A stretch of DNA of 64,000 bases. Source: an uncultured virus (IMG/VR IMGVR_UViG_3300025098_000027) (Duplodnaviria > Heunggongvirae > Uroviricota > Caudoviricetes). The stretch lies in the IMG/VR virus record IMGVR_UViG_3300025098_000027; one strand, 5' to 3'. Both the position numbers and the translations under genes were made by a program. Below are positions 9,101-19,430 of this stretch, piece by piece. Each line of letters begins with the position of its first letter. Position 1 is the first letter of the stretch. Below the pieces are notes generated by a model. That model did no database searches. It was not told where the DNA came from and was given only the letters and a program-made list of their open reading frames with translations.

Positions 9101-11953
9101 GATGTGACTCAGTTTGAATCAGAAATACTAGGTATGAGAATAACAATAACTGGCGGCACAGGCGTAGGGCAATATGGATATATAACCGGATTTAATTTTG
9201 CAACTAAGGAAGTGACAGTTACTAGAGACAGTGACGACGAATTAGGTTGGGACCATATAATTCCCGGAACACCTTTAGTAGCAGCACTTGATCTTACTAC
9301 ACGTTATAGAATTGAACCAAGAATAGCAGTTTCTGAACCATCTTTTAATGCTTCGACTAGTGATTTATTTACTAACAGATCATATGTCGATATGGCGTTT
9401 GGGAATATTACAGAAACATATGCTGGCGTAACAGGCGGCGGCAATGTAATTTGGAAAGATGACAACAATATTAGAGTTACTGTAAAAACAGTTATTTCTG
9501 ATATAGCACTACAGTTTAATGCAGACTTTTCTGCAAATCCAAATGTACCATTTACTATAAAAGGTAGAACATCAGGAACAACTGCAACAATTCAATCAAT
9601 TAGTGCAAATACAGATACAGTAATTGAAGTCGACGTTGATGCTGGAGGGACTGGGTTTCAAATAGGAGAAGAAATTGATCTAGTGTTAAGTTCTGGTACA
9701 GGAGACACATTTGACGGATCACCAATTAATGCATCATTCTTTGTCACTAGGCAAGGATCTACATATAATGTAGCTATTACAAATCCTGGAGGCGGCTACG
9801 CACCTAATGATAAAATTACTATACTAGGAACAGCATTAGGAGGAACAACGCCTGCAAATGATTTAACAATTACAGTTACCGAAGTCACAGACGATAGTAC
9901 CTCAAGTATTGTTACGTTTAGTCAGTCTGGTATAGGTAGAGGCGGACGATTTGTATCGTTAACTAACATAGAAAATGCTAGATGGAGTGATGACGGATCT
10001 AACTGGACTGAAGTAACCTTACCATTTAACGCTACAATGACAAGTTTGTCAGCTGGTAATAATAGATTTATTGCAACTGCATCAGGAGAAGCAAAAGTAG
10101 CATCTAGTTTAACAGGTATTACTTGGAGTGAGGTGGCATTACCAGGAGAAGCAGCTTGGTCAGACAGTGTTTACGGTAATGGTAAATTTGTTTTAATAGC
10201 AACAGACACTGATGTCGTAGCAAGTAGTATAGACGGAGTAACTTGGACAACAGGTAGTATTCCAGACGATACTGATGGAGGTGTAGACAGTACTACTAGT
10301 GTTTGGACTAGTATTACTTATGGTAAAGGTAAGTTCGTTGCAATATCGTCAAGTGACGGCGCAACAGCAACTAGTACAAACGGCACAACCTGGACCAGAC
10401 ACGATAGTGCAATAAATTTTAACCCAGATTCTATTGCTTACGGAAATAACAGGTTTGTTGCATTGTCTGTAACTGACGGCGAAACAGCATATAGTTTTGA
10501 TGGCATAACTTGGTATACTAATGCTCAAACATTTAGTTTTGTCGCAGGGGCAACTATTACATCTCCTGCTATTAAATACGGAAACGGAGTATTTGTTGCG
10601 TTAATTAATAGTCAAACAAATACAGCAAGTTCTTCATTATTTACTAGTGAAGATGGTATATTATGGATACAGCGGTCACTTCCAAGTAGTAGGACTTGGA
10701 GAGCACTTACATACGGAAATAAAAAATGGTTTATAAAGGCAAATGCAGCATCTACAGACGCAGTTGCAATAGTTACTACAGGTGCTCGTGCTAAGTTAAG
10801 AATGGACCTTAATGTAGGATCTATAAGCGAAATTAGAGTACTAGACCCTGGTAGCGGATACGATACTGAGTCATCTCCAACAGTAACTATTACAGATCCT
10901 AATGTTACATTTAGTGCAGCTACAGAAAGTAGAATAGCTGACAAAGTACTTGCGCAGCCAGACTTTATTGATCGAGGCGCAGGATATAGAAATACTACAA
11001 GTACAATTACAATTACTGGCGACGGATTTGCTGACGATATTCCTGTAGGGAATATACTTACAGTGTCAGGCATAACTGCTATCCCAGGTCCTGGCGTACA
11101 AATTCAGATTGTAGGAGTTGAAGATCCTAACGCATTAGAACCAGGAACGCTTGCTACGTTTAGTGGCGTAACAGTAAAAAACTTAGGTGACGATGGATTA
11201 GGAAATGAAACAAACTTAGTAGAATTTCAAATATCTCCAAGATTAGATGTAGAGTATGTTGTACCACACGGAACACAAGTAACACTGCGAGAAAGATATG
11301 CTCAATGTAGAATTAGTGGTCACGATTTCTTAGATATAGGAACTGGTAACTTTACTGAAACAAACTATCCAACTGTTTATGCAGGAGGTGCATTCTTTAA
11401 TGCTGCACCTGAAAATGAAGTTTACGAATCAAATGGCGGAAGAGTATATTATGTAAGTACAGACCAAGATGGTAACTTTAGAACTGGTGAATTATTTAGT
11501 GTACAACAAGCAACAGGTGTTGTTACTATTAGTGCTGAATTCTTTGACTTAGATGGACTAAGCGAATTAGCATTAGGCGGTGTTAGATTAGGCGGTTCGG
11601 GAACTGTTGTTAGTGAGTTTTCAACAGACGGAACATTTAGTGCAGACTCAAATAATGTTATTCCTACACAAAGAGCTATTGTAACATTCCTTTCAAATAG
11701 ATTAAGTGTTGGCGGCTCAGAATTAGAAGTTAATAAATTACAGGCTGGTAGAGTATTATTAGGCGGCATTCCAGAAAACGAAATTAATACTAATACAGGT
11801 CAATATGTTATTATACCAGCAGATGTGGTATTTGACGGTCAATTTACAAGTGATGACGGTGAAGGTACTATAACAACTAACCAAACAGGAATATCGGGAA
11901 CTATTGTAAGTCAAATGCTTATGTTGAAACCTTTTGATGATACAATGCAATAA
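6113..11953 (+). CDS. Giant virion fibre/carbohydrate-binding structural protein (1946 aa)
   Basis: N-terminal W..(T)Y..GD(I/V)V.Y.G..Y.C repeats (CBM5/12-like), a pectin-lyase-like beta-helix, and Asp-box repeats (SxDGxTW) forming a propeller. AAGGA RBS. Paralogue of 12010..19410. Confidence 0.75.
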   Translation: MAEFKLERFKYNWKGDWTTATAYKRDDVVRVNGKSYVCIITHAASSTFAADLDATLPGSVPPQPQPRWTVMTNGLSFTGDWEQGTAYNLGDIVKYNGSLWRCVINHNASSFGSDIGNWTAFSQTTSFVGVWTASTSYAPGAVVSYNGNAYKCMIGHISSSVLEDNISNWEIYREGIEWRGEFSPNTEYRINDFVKYGGAIYRCIETHIATIFDDSKFTIEVYGSEYDGIWNDTTTYNLGDIVRHTGYMYYAISNNVNSKPFISSDGGSTDWIVLAKNINFRGKWLSTNFYKTGDVVLRGGNLYVALVNIGGEFDEQGNLISGEFLDNSTLDYLDDSTWELIVPGKSLKGNWTEGDIYSVGDVIIFKGTSYTCNIEHEASFVNFPGDNGSGRFYWDILIQAGQPAALEVKGDLLTYGENRQLDDDGSTVFDDSTFGDTRLGIGESEQLVSVSSDLEVYWRDIQEDADSIWVASNGIDDENRGTFQKPFRTIRYAAEYVEDNFEPLTPVIIRVSTGKFEEVSPIVIPAGCAVNGDELRSTTVLANSPIKLYEDSYQYTQLYLTHFISILLDIITAVEITPQSGNEVSQITEVLEETGVGPDGTPIFQDNFPVSDLTGANYILSLITDYQNYIEFYTGDGDVNPDVVGTNTISTDAFVKNAGASLDINRNFIAQELISYIKNEYPAVTFDELQIKNDIRHLLRAFKKDANYPGNYQTLLSAQRYANSVNGSATTNLFYMRDTTGLRDMTTGGLQGVLNPPGVFELYQKPTGGALVSLDPGWGPDDERTWIKNRSPYIQGLTNTGTGCIGMKVDGALHNGGNKSMTANDFTQVLSDGIGAWITNNARAELVSVFTYYCQVGYFAEDGGIIRAANGNNSYGRYGSIADGNDDTEVPQIAEAFNRNNQATVSEAFAGGSNDEIKIFEYSNAGQNYTSATASIVGAGANASVEYTDFRDGGLFEERLISADGSSKAGGAGYLRRQGSAQETANAAATLKLAATDVTQFESEILGMRITITGGTGVGQYGYITGFNFATKEVTVTRDSDDELGWDHIIPGTPLVAALDLTTRYRIEPRIAVSEPSFNASTSDLFTNRSYVDMAFGNITETYAGVTGGGNVIWKDDNNIRVTVKTVISDIALQFNADFSANPNVPFTIKGRTSGTTATIQSISANTDTVIEVDVDAGGTGFQIGEEIDLVLSSGTGDTFDGSPINASFFVTRQGSTYNVAITNPGGGYAPNDKITILGTALGGTTPANDLTITVTEVTDDSTSSIVTFSQSGIGRGGRFVSLTNIENARWSDDGSNWTEVTLPFNATMTSLSAGNNRFIATASGEAKVASSLTGITWSEVALPGEAAWSDSVYGNGKFVLIATDTDVVASSIDGVTWTTGSIPDDTDGGVDSTTSVWTSITYGKGKFVAISSSDGATATSTNGTTWTRHDSAINFNPDSIAYGNNRFVALSVTDGETAYSFDGITWYTNAQTFSFVAGATITSPAIKYGNGVFVALINSQTNTASSSLFTSEDGILWIQRSLPSSRTWRALTYGNKKWFIKANAASTDAVAIVTTGARAKLRMDLNVGSISEIRVLDPGSGYDTESSPTVTITDPNVTFSAATESRIADKVLAQPDFIDRGAGYRNTTSTITITGDGFADDIPVGNILTVSGITAIPGPGVQIQIVGVEDPNALEPGTLATFSGVTVKNLGDDGLGNETNLVEFQISPRLDVEYVVPHGTQVTLRERYAQCRISGHDFLDIGTGNFTETNYPTVYAGGAFFNAAPENEVYESNGGRVYYVSTDQDGNFRTGELFSVQQATGVVTISAEFFDLDGLSELALGGVRLGGSGTVVSEFSTDGTFSADSNNVIPTQRAIVTFLSNRLSVGGSELEVNKLQAGRVLLGGIPENEINTNTGQYVIIPADVVFDGQFTSDDGEGTITTNQTGISGTIVSQMLMLKPFDDTMQ

Positions 11954-11976
11954 AAAACAAAGAGACTATATTATGA

Positions 11977-11982
11977 TAAATA
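11977..11982 (+). promoter_or_regulatory. Putative late promoter (TAAATA)
   Basis: TAAATA in the intergenic gap before the 2466-aa gene; matches the core of the T4-type late promoter TATAAATA. Confidence 0.55.
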
Positions 11983-12009
11983 TATACAACGTGCAAGTAG
12001 GAATAAAAA

Positions 12010-15000
12010 ATGGCAGAATTTAAACTAGGTAGAATTAGATTTGTTTGGAAAGGTGACTGGACAGCATCAAATGTCTACTATCAAGATGATGTAGTTGCCT
12101 TTGGCGGCAAAACATACATTTGTGTAACAGGTCATACAAGTGACACAGACTTCTTTACAGACTTAGATATTGTTCCATCTAAGTGGAATTTAGTTAGTGA
12201 TGGTCAAACTTGGAAGGGTGAATGGACAGTAGATACTGCATATGTTTATAATGACATAGTCAGCTACGGCGCAAGATTATATATCGCTAATACTAATCAT
12301 ACTAGTGCTGCTACTGTAGCTGATGCTACTGATGGTTTAGAAATTGATATTGCTAAATGGGACGCTTATGCTGAAGGGTTAGACTGGAAAGGTGATTGGT
12401 CAGTATCGACTAGATATCGAATCAATGATTTTGTAAAGTACGGAGGGTCTACCTATGTTTGTAATACACTACACGTTTCAACTGCAACTGCCGCAGACGG
12501 ATTAGAATTTGACATATCAAATTGGGATACATTTAATCAAGGTTTAGAATTTAAAGGCGAATGGACATCTAGTACAAGATACAAATACAATGACTTAGTT
12601 CGTTACGGAGCCGGTGTATGGATTTGTACTACTGCACACACAAGTACAACTGATTTAGGAACTGACGGAGCAAATTGGAGTCAATTTGTAGAAGGATTCC
12701 AATATGAAAATGATTGGAGCCCTTTCAGAGGCTACCAGCCAGGTGACGTTGTACGTTACGGCGGCAATCAATATATTGCAAAAACTAATCACACAGAAAT
12801 TACTCCAGGACCACAAAGCGGAACAATTACAGGAATAATACAAGACGCTACTGCAAGAGCAACAAGTACAAATCACGGACTACAAGACGGTAGACAGATT
12901 ATAATCAATGATGTAGAAGGGATGACTGAAATTAACGGTCTTATCCTTTATATTAATGTAATTGATGCAAATACTTTTGATTTATACACAGATGTAGACT
13001 TAGTAACATCATTAGATTCATCTGGATTTACAACATATACATCAGGCGGCACATACACCTCAACATCGCCTACCGAATGGGATTTATTTACTGAAGGTTT
13101 TAGATTTATAGGCGACTGGAATGAAGATAGTGCTAATCAACATTATAAAGTAGGCGAAGTTGTACGCTTAGGCGGGTTTACCTACGTATGTATTTTAGAT
13201 CACGAAGAAGGACAGCAACCACCAAACGAAACTTATTGGAAACTACTAAATGAAGGATTCCGTTGGAGAGGCGAGTGGTTAGACGATCAAGAATATTACG
13301 AAGGTGACGTTGTTCGTTACGGAGACAACAGCTACTACTGTACTTTATATCATATATCAGAAGGTGACGATTATTCAACAGCAACACTAGTACAGCCGGG
13401 CGGCGGCAACGAAGGATCTCGTCCTGATCTAGCAGATAGCGGTCAGTACTGGAGTGTTATTGCAATTGGTTCAGAAGCTAGTGTACTTACTACAGCAGGC
13501 GACTTAGTTTATTACAGCGGAAGTGCTCCTACAAGATTACCAGTTGGATTAGAAGGACAAGTTTTACAAGTAGGATCAACAGGTATTCCAGAATGGGAGT
13601 TTTTACAAACTATCGAAGACATTTATTATGTGTCAGAACACGGTATTGATAGACCGTTTCCGGAATCAGGTGGTAGTGTTGATAGACCATTTAAATCAAT
13701 ACGTTATGCTTGTGAACGTATTGAAGAAGGACCAAAGAATCCTAATGCACAATATCTATTAGAAATGAACAGAGTGTTTATTCAAGAAGAAGTTGGATCT
13801 TGGATTAACTATCAAATTGCAAATGCTGGAGGATCAGGCATTTGGAATAACTTTGTATACGGTGAAGACAATTGTAAACGTGATGTTGGATATATTGTTG
13901 ATAGATTGATATGGGACATTGGCCACGGCGGCAACCTAAAATCAAGAGCAGCAGCACTTTCGTTTGTTAATGGATTTAGTGCAAATGGCGAATTTTCAGA
14001 TGCATCTGAGGATAAAGTTTACGGCGGTGCGGGCCTAGCAGGAGAAGCAACACAATCAGTTGCAGCATATAATTATATGCTAACTGTTGTTGATGCAATT
14101 CTTAAAAATGAAGCACCGAGCGCAATTTATCAAAATGTTACAGATGATAGTACAGCAATTGTTGATCAATTTACAAGTACAACGCTTGTATCAGAAACAG
14201 GCGTATATACTAAAATACAAAGTTTAGTTAAAATAATTACCGACACAATCACAGCAGGAGACACTAGCGCAGTACCAGCTCGTGATATTCCTCAAACACT
14301 AGTTAAAGTGTCTACAGGAGAACATTATGAAGTTCTACCAATTAGAGTACCGGCATATTGTGCTATATTAGGTGACGAACTACGTTCAACAAAGATTATT
14401 GCTGCTGGGAAAACAACACCGGCAACAGACACACCAAATACAGTAGCAACGTTTGATAGAATTGCTGAGGTTGTAGGAGATATAGTTGTAGGCACATCTA
14501 TTACTGCATCTAATGGTAATACTGAGCCACAAGATCAAAACTGGCCATATGCTGTAACTGCACAAGAAACAGTTGTAGAAAGTCTAGTTGATATGATGAA
14601 ATATCAAATCGACTATGGACTAAAAACTATGAGTGCAGGATACTATACAGATCCTACAGGCTATAGTGCAACTTTAGAAAATGCAAGAGAAAATATTATA
14701 GCAAACAAAGACTTTTTAAAAGCAGAAGTAATTGCGTTCTTAGATACAGAATATCCAACACTAAAATACGGAAAAACTGATAGTCGACGTGATACTGGAT
14801 TTATTATTGATTCGTTAATTTATGACTTAACATATGGCGGCAACTCAATGGCTGTAATAGCTGGGCTATCGTATTGGGATGGAGACGATCAAACATACGA
14901 TCAACTTCCAGCTTCGTTAAAGACAGAATGTATTGCGTCAATCAATTATTTAAGAACAACAGCAGAAAGTGTTGCTGGAAATACACTAATTGTAAGTCCT

Positions 15001-18000
15001 AAGCAAGCAGAAGTAGAACAAGTTCTTGCAGGTATAGCAGGTAGTACCACTGAAATTGCAAATAACATAGAAGACATTATTGATATTATTAACAACGGAC
15101 CAGATGCAGTTGGTACAACAACTACACTTGTTAATCCAACACTAGCAGACGGTGTTAACTCAACTACAGCATTGATTAGTGCTTCTAATGCACTTGTAGC
15201 CGCAGAAGATACTGTTATTCAAAATGTTATAGATGATTTAAATGTTGTTGCTTGGCATACTGACTGGGCAGTTGACAGTACATCGTTGACGACTACCCAA
15301 TTCCGTATATATGTAGGCAAACATTCTTTAGTTCATACATATGTTAGCGGAGGAACAGTTACTAAAGCAAATGGAACTGTATTAGCAGTAACTAATTTTG
15401 TATACGATAATGTTACTGGTTATGCTATAGTAACCACAGGCACTCACGGGTTATCAGCAGGCGACATAGTTAATATTGAAAGTATTACAGTAAGTTGCAA
15501 CAGCGGATCTGGTGCTTCAAATACAGTGTTCCCGAGTGCAACTTCAACACAATCAGGAATAACAAAAGTTAAATATCTTCAAATTAAATGTATAAGAGAT
15601 ATCCGTAAGATATTAGAAGCAGTCAGATTTGACTTTGCTTTAAACAGTAATTATAGAACACTAAAAGCAGCACACGCATACTTACGTAAAACTGCTATTG
15701 AAGTTTATACCGGAAACCAAAAAACAATCACTAGAGATGCTATAACAAATGCATTAACTACTGAAGCAATAGCAAATGTTGCAAGTGATGCAACAGCTAT
15801 TACAAGAATAACAGCAAGTGCTAGAATTATTGATGCAGTTATATTTGGCGCAACTAATGAAGGCAGTGTTTGTGTAACTGCTGATCAAAATAGATACTAT
15901 GCAAAACTACAGCTAGAGCGCAACAGAGACTTTATCAAAGCTGAAATTGCAGCCTGGATTGATGTTCAAATTGCTGGTGCAGCAAGTGGCAGCATTTGGG
16001 AAAATTATACATACAACGAGGCTCTTTGTGCTAGAGATGTTGACTACTATATTGATGCATTAAAATACGATCTAATGTGGCCGGGCAATTATGCTTCTAG
16101 ATATGTAGCACGTTTCTATAACAATAGTGTTACAGGATCTCAAGAAGAGGATATGTTCTATCTAAGAGATGCAACCGGTGTTAGAAACAGTACTCTACAA
16201 GGCCTAAGCGGTGACTTGTTACCAGAAAATACATATGGATATAGTAAAGTAAGTGCAGGAGCATATTGCTCATTAGATCCGGGTTGGGGACCAGATGATT
16301 TCCGTACTTGGATTATTACACGGTCGCCATACATACAAGGTGTTACAACATTTGGTACAGCAGCAACTGGACAAAAAATTGATGGTGCTTTACACAATGG
16401 CGGTAATGACTCGATGGTGTCTAATGACTTTACACAGGTCATTAGTGACGGTATTGGCGCACACATTCTTAACAATGGTAGAGCAGAACTTGTATCAGTA
16501 TTCACATACTACTCACACATTGGCTATCTTGCAGAAACAGGTGGTAGAGTACGTGCAACAAATGGTAACAACTCATACGGTGACTTTGGTTCAGTAGCAA
16601 CAGGTGTTGATCCAGACGAAACAGCAGTTACAGCAGTAGTTGACAATCGTACACAATATAACGCAACTATATCACAAATTAATACAGATAATGTTCAACT
16701 ATTAAATGTTGAATACACACACGCAGGTAATGATTATACTGAAGCTACACTTAATATATTTGGCCCAGGGTCTAATGAAGTAGTAGTTGCTGATGAATTC
16801 CGTGATGGAGGATTTAACTATGCATATGTTGATCAAGATGCAGATCCAGATATTGCACTAGGTGGTAGCGGCTATATAATATCAAGTAACGTTGCACAAA
16901 GTGGTAGTACAACAGGATTATTCCTAAGTGCAACAGACGGTTCATTAAGTTCAGCATACCCAGGAATGAAAATTTATATCATAGGTGCTGCTGGTATAGG
17001 ACAGTATGCAATTATTAACACATATAATGCAGGTACTAAAGAAGCAACAGTTATAAGAGAATCAGATGGTGTTGCAGGCTGGGATCACGTAGTTCCAGGA
17101 ACACCTATTGTTGCTCCTAACAGTTCTTCAACATATCAAATTGAACCAAGAGTTGCAATTACTGCTCCGACTAATTCAAGCAATAGTATTACAATGCCAA
17201 CATCAACTACTTGGTATGATGTTGAATGGATTAACACAGCAGCACAGTATACAGGTGTAAGTACTACAGGTGGCAACGGATCAGGAGCAACTTTTGATAT
17301 TACTCGTAACGGAAGTAAATATTATCTAGATATTAATGCAGCCGGAACAGGATATTCAAGACTTGACACGTTAACTATTGTAGGCACAAACGTTGGCGGA
17401 GCAACTACAGCTAACGATATTACAATAACTGTAACAACAGTAAACAGTGTGACAGGGGCTATTGTAGATTTTGACTTTGCAGGAACTGCGCAGGCAGGTA
17501 AATTCCTTGCAGTAGGTGCAGGAACAAACGGAGCTGTAAGTATTGATGGTGAAACTTGGACGTCAGAAGTATTACCTACTTTACCAGGCGGAAATTGGGC
17601 AAGTATTGCAGATGGATTACAAGACGATGGTTCAAGTACATTCCTTCCTAGCGCAGTATTAGTAATAGCAGACGGTGACGGCACAGTTGCTTACTCAAAT
17701 GATAGTGACACGTGGTTAACTAGTTCTTTACCAGGATCGTTTAATGCAACAGGAGAAAATACTGTAGCATTTGGTCAAATTGATAATGTTACAGCAAGGT
17801 TTGTTGTTATTAGTGACGCTGATCAAGATGTTGCATATTCAGATAACGGTGGTCAAACTTGGAGCATAACTGGCACAGCACTTCCAGCAAATGGTTTTGG
17901 TGAAATGGCGTACGGTGCAGGTAAGTTTGTTGCTATCAACAGCGGAACAACAAGTGCAGCATATTCCGAAGACGGTATTAGTTGGACAGGCGTAACTGCT

Positions 18001-19410
18001 CCAGCAGCATTTGCAGCAGTAACAGATATTGTATGGGGTAATGGTAAGTTTGTAGCACTCGGTGGTACAAACGGTATTATGTACTCACTAGACGGTGTTA
18101 CTTGGTACGAAAACACACTTACACTTCCTCTACCTGCTACAGAACGTAAACTAGCATACGGACAAGGTACATTTGTTATTACAAGTGATGACACTGACCA
18201 AGTTCAATACAGTCACGATGGATTATATTGGCAGTCATATACATTAACTGGAACAGCTACTACAGGTGGATTTAATGCAATAGCATTTGGTAATCCTGCA
18301 CAAGAAGGTAAATTTGTAATGATACTACCAGGAGCAGGAACATCAGGAAAATATGCTAAAATTAATACACCTGCAAAAGGTAGAGCAAGTGTAGCAAATG
18401 AACAAGTTTTTGCTATTAGAATAACAGAGCCAGGAAGCGGCTATACAAGTGCTCCGACAATAACTATAACAGATCCTAACAACGTTGATGATGTTGTACT
18501 AGTACCGCAAATCGGTAATGGAGTATTAGCAAATCCAACATTTAATAATAGAGGTACAGGATTTACAAGCGCAACAGCAGAAGTAGATGCACAAAATTCA
18601 AATGGTAATGCAAACTTCCCACAAGCAGGTGCATTTATTGCTGTACGTAGATTAACTAGTCGTCCAGTAAATGGATCAAATGTTGAGTTTGATAGTTTAC
18701 CAGGGCGATTCTTTAAGTTAGTTAATACTGTTAGTTTCATAGGATCAAATGACGGAAGTTACACAGGATTCTTACAAGTATCACCTAATGTAGCAGTCGA
18801 TGAAGATTTACCAAACGGCGATCCGGTAGAACTGCGTATTAGGTTCTCACAAGTACGTCTAACTGGACACGACTTCTTAGATATCGGTACAGGTGGCTTT
18901 GCAGATACAAATTATCCAGGTGTACCACTCAATGCACCAAGTCAAGTAAAAGAAACTAGTGACTTTAACGGTGGTAGAGTATTCTATACTGCTACTGACC
19001 AAGATGGTAACTTTAGAGTTGGTGATTTGTTTACTATTGAACAGTCAACTGGTGTTGCAACATTGAATGCTGATGCATTTAACATTGCAGGATTGCAAGA
19101 ACTTTCATTAGGTGAAGTTACACTAGGTGGTAACTCAGCAAGTATTACTGAATTTAGTACAGACCCGTTCTTTACTGCAAATAGTGATACAGTTGTACCA
19201 ACACAAAGAGCAGTAAAAGCATATATTGAGTCACAAATTGGTGGCGGTGGCGCAACATTGAATGTTAACAGCGTAACAGCAGGTGACATATTTATTGGAG
19301 CCGACACTATAACAACACTTAGCGGAAGTCCGATAAATATAAATGCAAATGTAGTATTTACTGGAACAGTATTAGGATTACCTTTAGCATACAACTACTT
19401 CCTGAGATAA
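12010..19410 (+). CDS. Giant virion fibre/carbohydrate-binding structural protein (2466 aa)
   Basis: Start MAEFKLGRIRFVWKGDW nearly matches the 6113 ORF. Contains CBM5/12-like repeats, an FCCH-like insert (HGLQDG...VEGMTEING), a beta-helix interrupted by four helical (C/S)xRD repeats, and an Asp-box propeller. Confidence 0.75.
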   Translation: MAEFKLGRIRFVWKGDWTASNVYYQDDVVAFGGKTYICVTGHTSDTDFFTDLDIVPSKWNLVSDGQTWKGEWTVDTAYVYNDIVSYGARLYIANTNHTSAATVADATDGLEIDIAKWDAYAEGLDWKGDWSVSTRYRINDFVKYGGSTYVCNTLHVSTATAADGLEFDISNWDTFNQGLEFKGEWTSSTRYKYNDLVRYGAGVWICTTAHTSTTDLGTDGANWSQFVEGFQYENDWSPFRGYQPGDVVRYGGNQYIAKTNHTEITPGPQSGTITGIIQDATARATSTNHGLQDGRQIIINDVEGMTEINGLILYINVIDANTFDLYTDVDLVTSLDSSGFTTYTSGGTYTSTSPTEWDLFTEGFRFIGDWNEDSANQHYKVGEVVRLGGFTYVCILDHEEGQQPPNETYWKLLNEGFRWRGEWLDDQEYYEGDVVRYGDNSYYCTLYHISEGDDYSTATLVQPGGGNEGSRPDLADSGQYWSVIAIGSEASVLTTAGDLVYYSGSAPTRLPVGLEGQVLQVGSTGIPEWEFLQTIEDIYYVSEHGIDRPFPESGGSVDRPFKSIRYACERIEEGPKNPNAQYLLEMNRVFIQEEVGSWINYQIANAGGSGIWNNFVYGEDNCKRDVGYIVDRLIWDIGHGGNLKSRAAALSFVNGFSANGEFSDASEDKVYGGAGLAGEATQSVAAYNYMLTVVDAILKNEAPSAIYQNVTDDSTAIVDQFTSTTLVSETGVYTKIQSLVKIITDTITAGDTSAVPARDIPQTLVKVSTGEHYEVLPIRVPAYCAILGDELRSTKIIAAGKTTPATDTPNTVATFDRIAEVVGDIVVGTSITASNGNTEPQDQNWPYAVTAQETVVESLVDMMKYQIDYGLKTMSAGYYTDPTGYSATLENARENIIANKDFLKAEVIAFLDTEYPTLKYGKTDSRRDTGFIIDSLIYDLTYGGNSMAVIAGLSYWDGDDQTYDQLPASLKTECIASINYLRTTAESVAGNTLIVSPKQAEVEQVLAGIAGSTTEIANNIEDIIDIINNGPDAVGTTTTLVNPTLADGVNSTTALISASNALVAAEDTVIQNVIDDLNVVAWHTDWAVDSTSLTTTQFRIYVGKHSLVHTYVSGGTVTKANGTVLAVTNFVYDNVTGYAIVTTGTHGLSAGDIVNIESITVSCNSGSGASNTVFPSATSTQSGITKVKYLQIKCIRDIRKILEAVRFDFALNSNYRTLKAAHAYLRKTAIEVYTGNQKTITRDAITNALTTEAIANVASDATAITRITASARIIDAVIFGATNEGSVCVTADQNRYYAKLQLERNRDFIKAEIAAWIDVQIAGAASGSIWENYTYNEALCARDVDYYIDALKYDLMWPGNYASRYVARFYNNSVTGSQEEDMFYLRDATGVRNSTLQGLSGDLLPENTYGYSKVSAGAYCSLDPGWGPDDFRTWIITRSPYIQGVTTFGTAATGQKIDGALHNGGNDSMVSNDFTQVISDGIGAHILNNGRAELVSVFTYYSHIGYLAETGGRVRATNGNNSYGDFGSVATGVDPDETAVTAVVDNRTQYNATISQINTDNVQLLNVEYTHAGNDYTEATLNIFGPGSNEVVVADEFRDGGFNYAYVDQDADPDIALGGSGYIISSNVAQSGSTTGLFLSATDGSLSSAYPGMKIYIIGAAGIGQYAIINTYNAGTKEATVIRESDGVAGWDHVVPGTPIVAPNSSSTYQIEPRVAITAPTNSSNSITMPTSTTWYDVEWINTAAQYTGVSTTGGNGSGATFDITRNGSKYYLDINAAGTGYSRLDTLTIVGTNVGGATTANDITITVTTVNSVTGAIVDFDFAGTAQAGKFLAVGAGTNGAVSIDGETWTSEVLPTLPGGNWASIADGLQDDGSSTFLPSAVLVIADGDGTVAYSNDSDTWLTSSLPGSFNATGENTVAFGQIDNVTARFVVISDADQDVAYSDNGGQTWSITGTALPANGFGEMAYGAGKFVAINSGTTSAAYSEDGISWTGVTAPAAFAAVTDIVWGNGKFVALGGTNGIMYSLDGVTWYENTLTLPLPATERKLAYGQGTFVITSDDTDQVQYSHDGLYWQSYTLTGTATTGGFNAIAFGNPAQEGKFVMILPGAGTSGKYAKINTPAKGRASVANEQVFAIRITEPGSGYTSAPTITITDPNNVDDVVLVPQIGNGVLANPTFNNRGTGFTSATAEVDAQNSNGNANFPQAGAFIAVRRLTSRPVNGSNVEFDSLPGRFFKLVNTVSFIGSNDGSYTGFLQVSPNVAVDEDLPNGDPVELRIRFSQVRLTGHDFLDIGTGGFADTNYPGVPLNAPSQVKETSDFNGGRVFYTATDQDGNFRVGDLFTIEQSTGVATLNADAFNIAGLQELSLGEVTLGGNSASITEFSTDPFFTANSDTVVPTQRAVKAYIESQIGGGGATLNVNSVTAGDIFIGADTITTLSGSPININANVVFTGTVLGLPLAYNYFLR

Positions 19411-19430
19411 TTAAAATTGGAGATTAAAAA

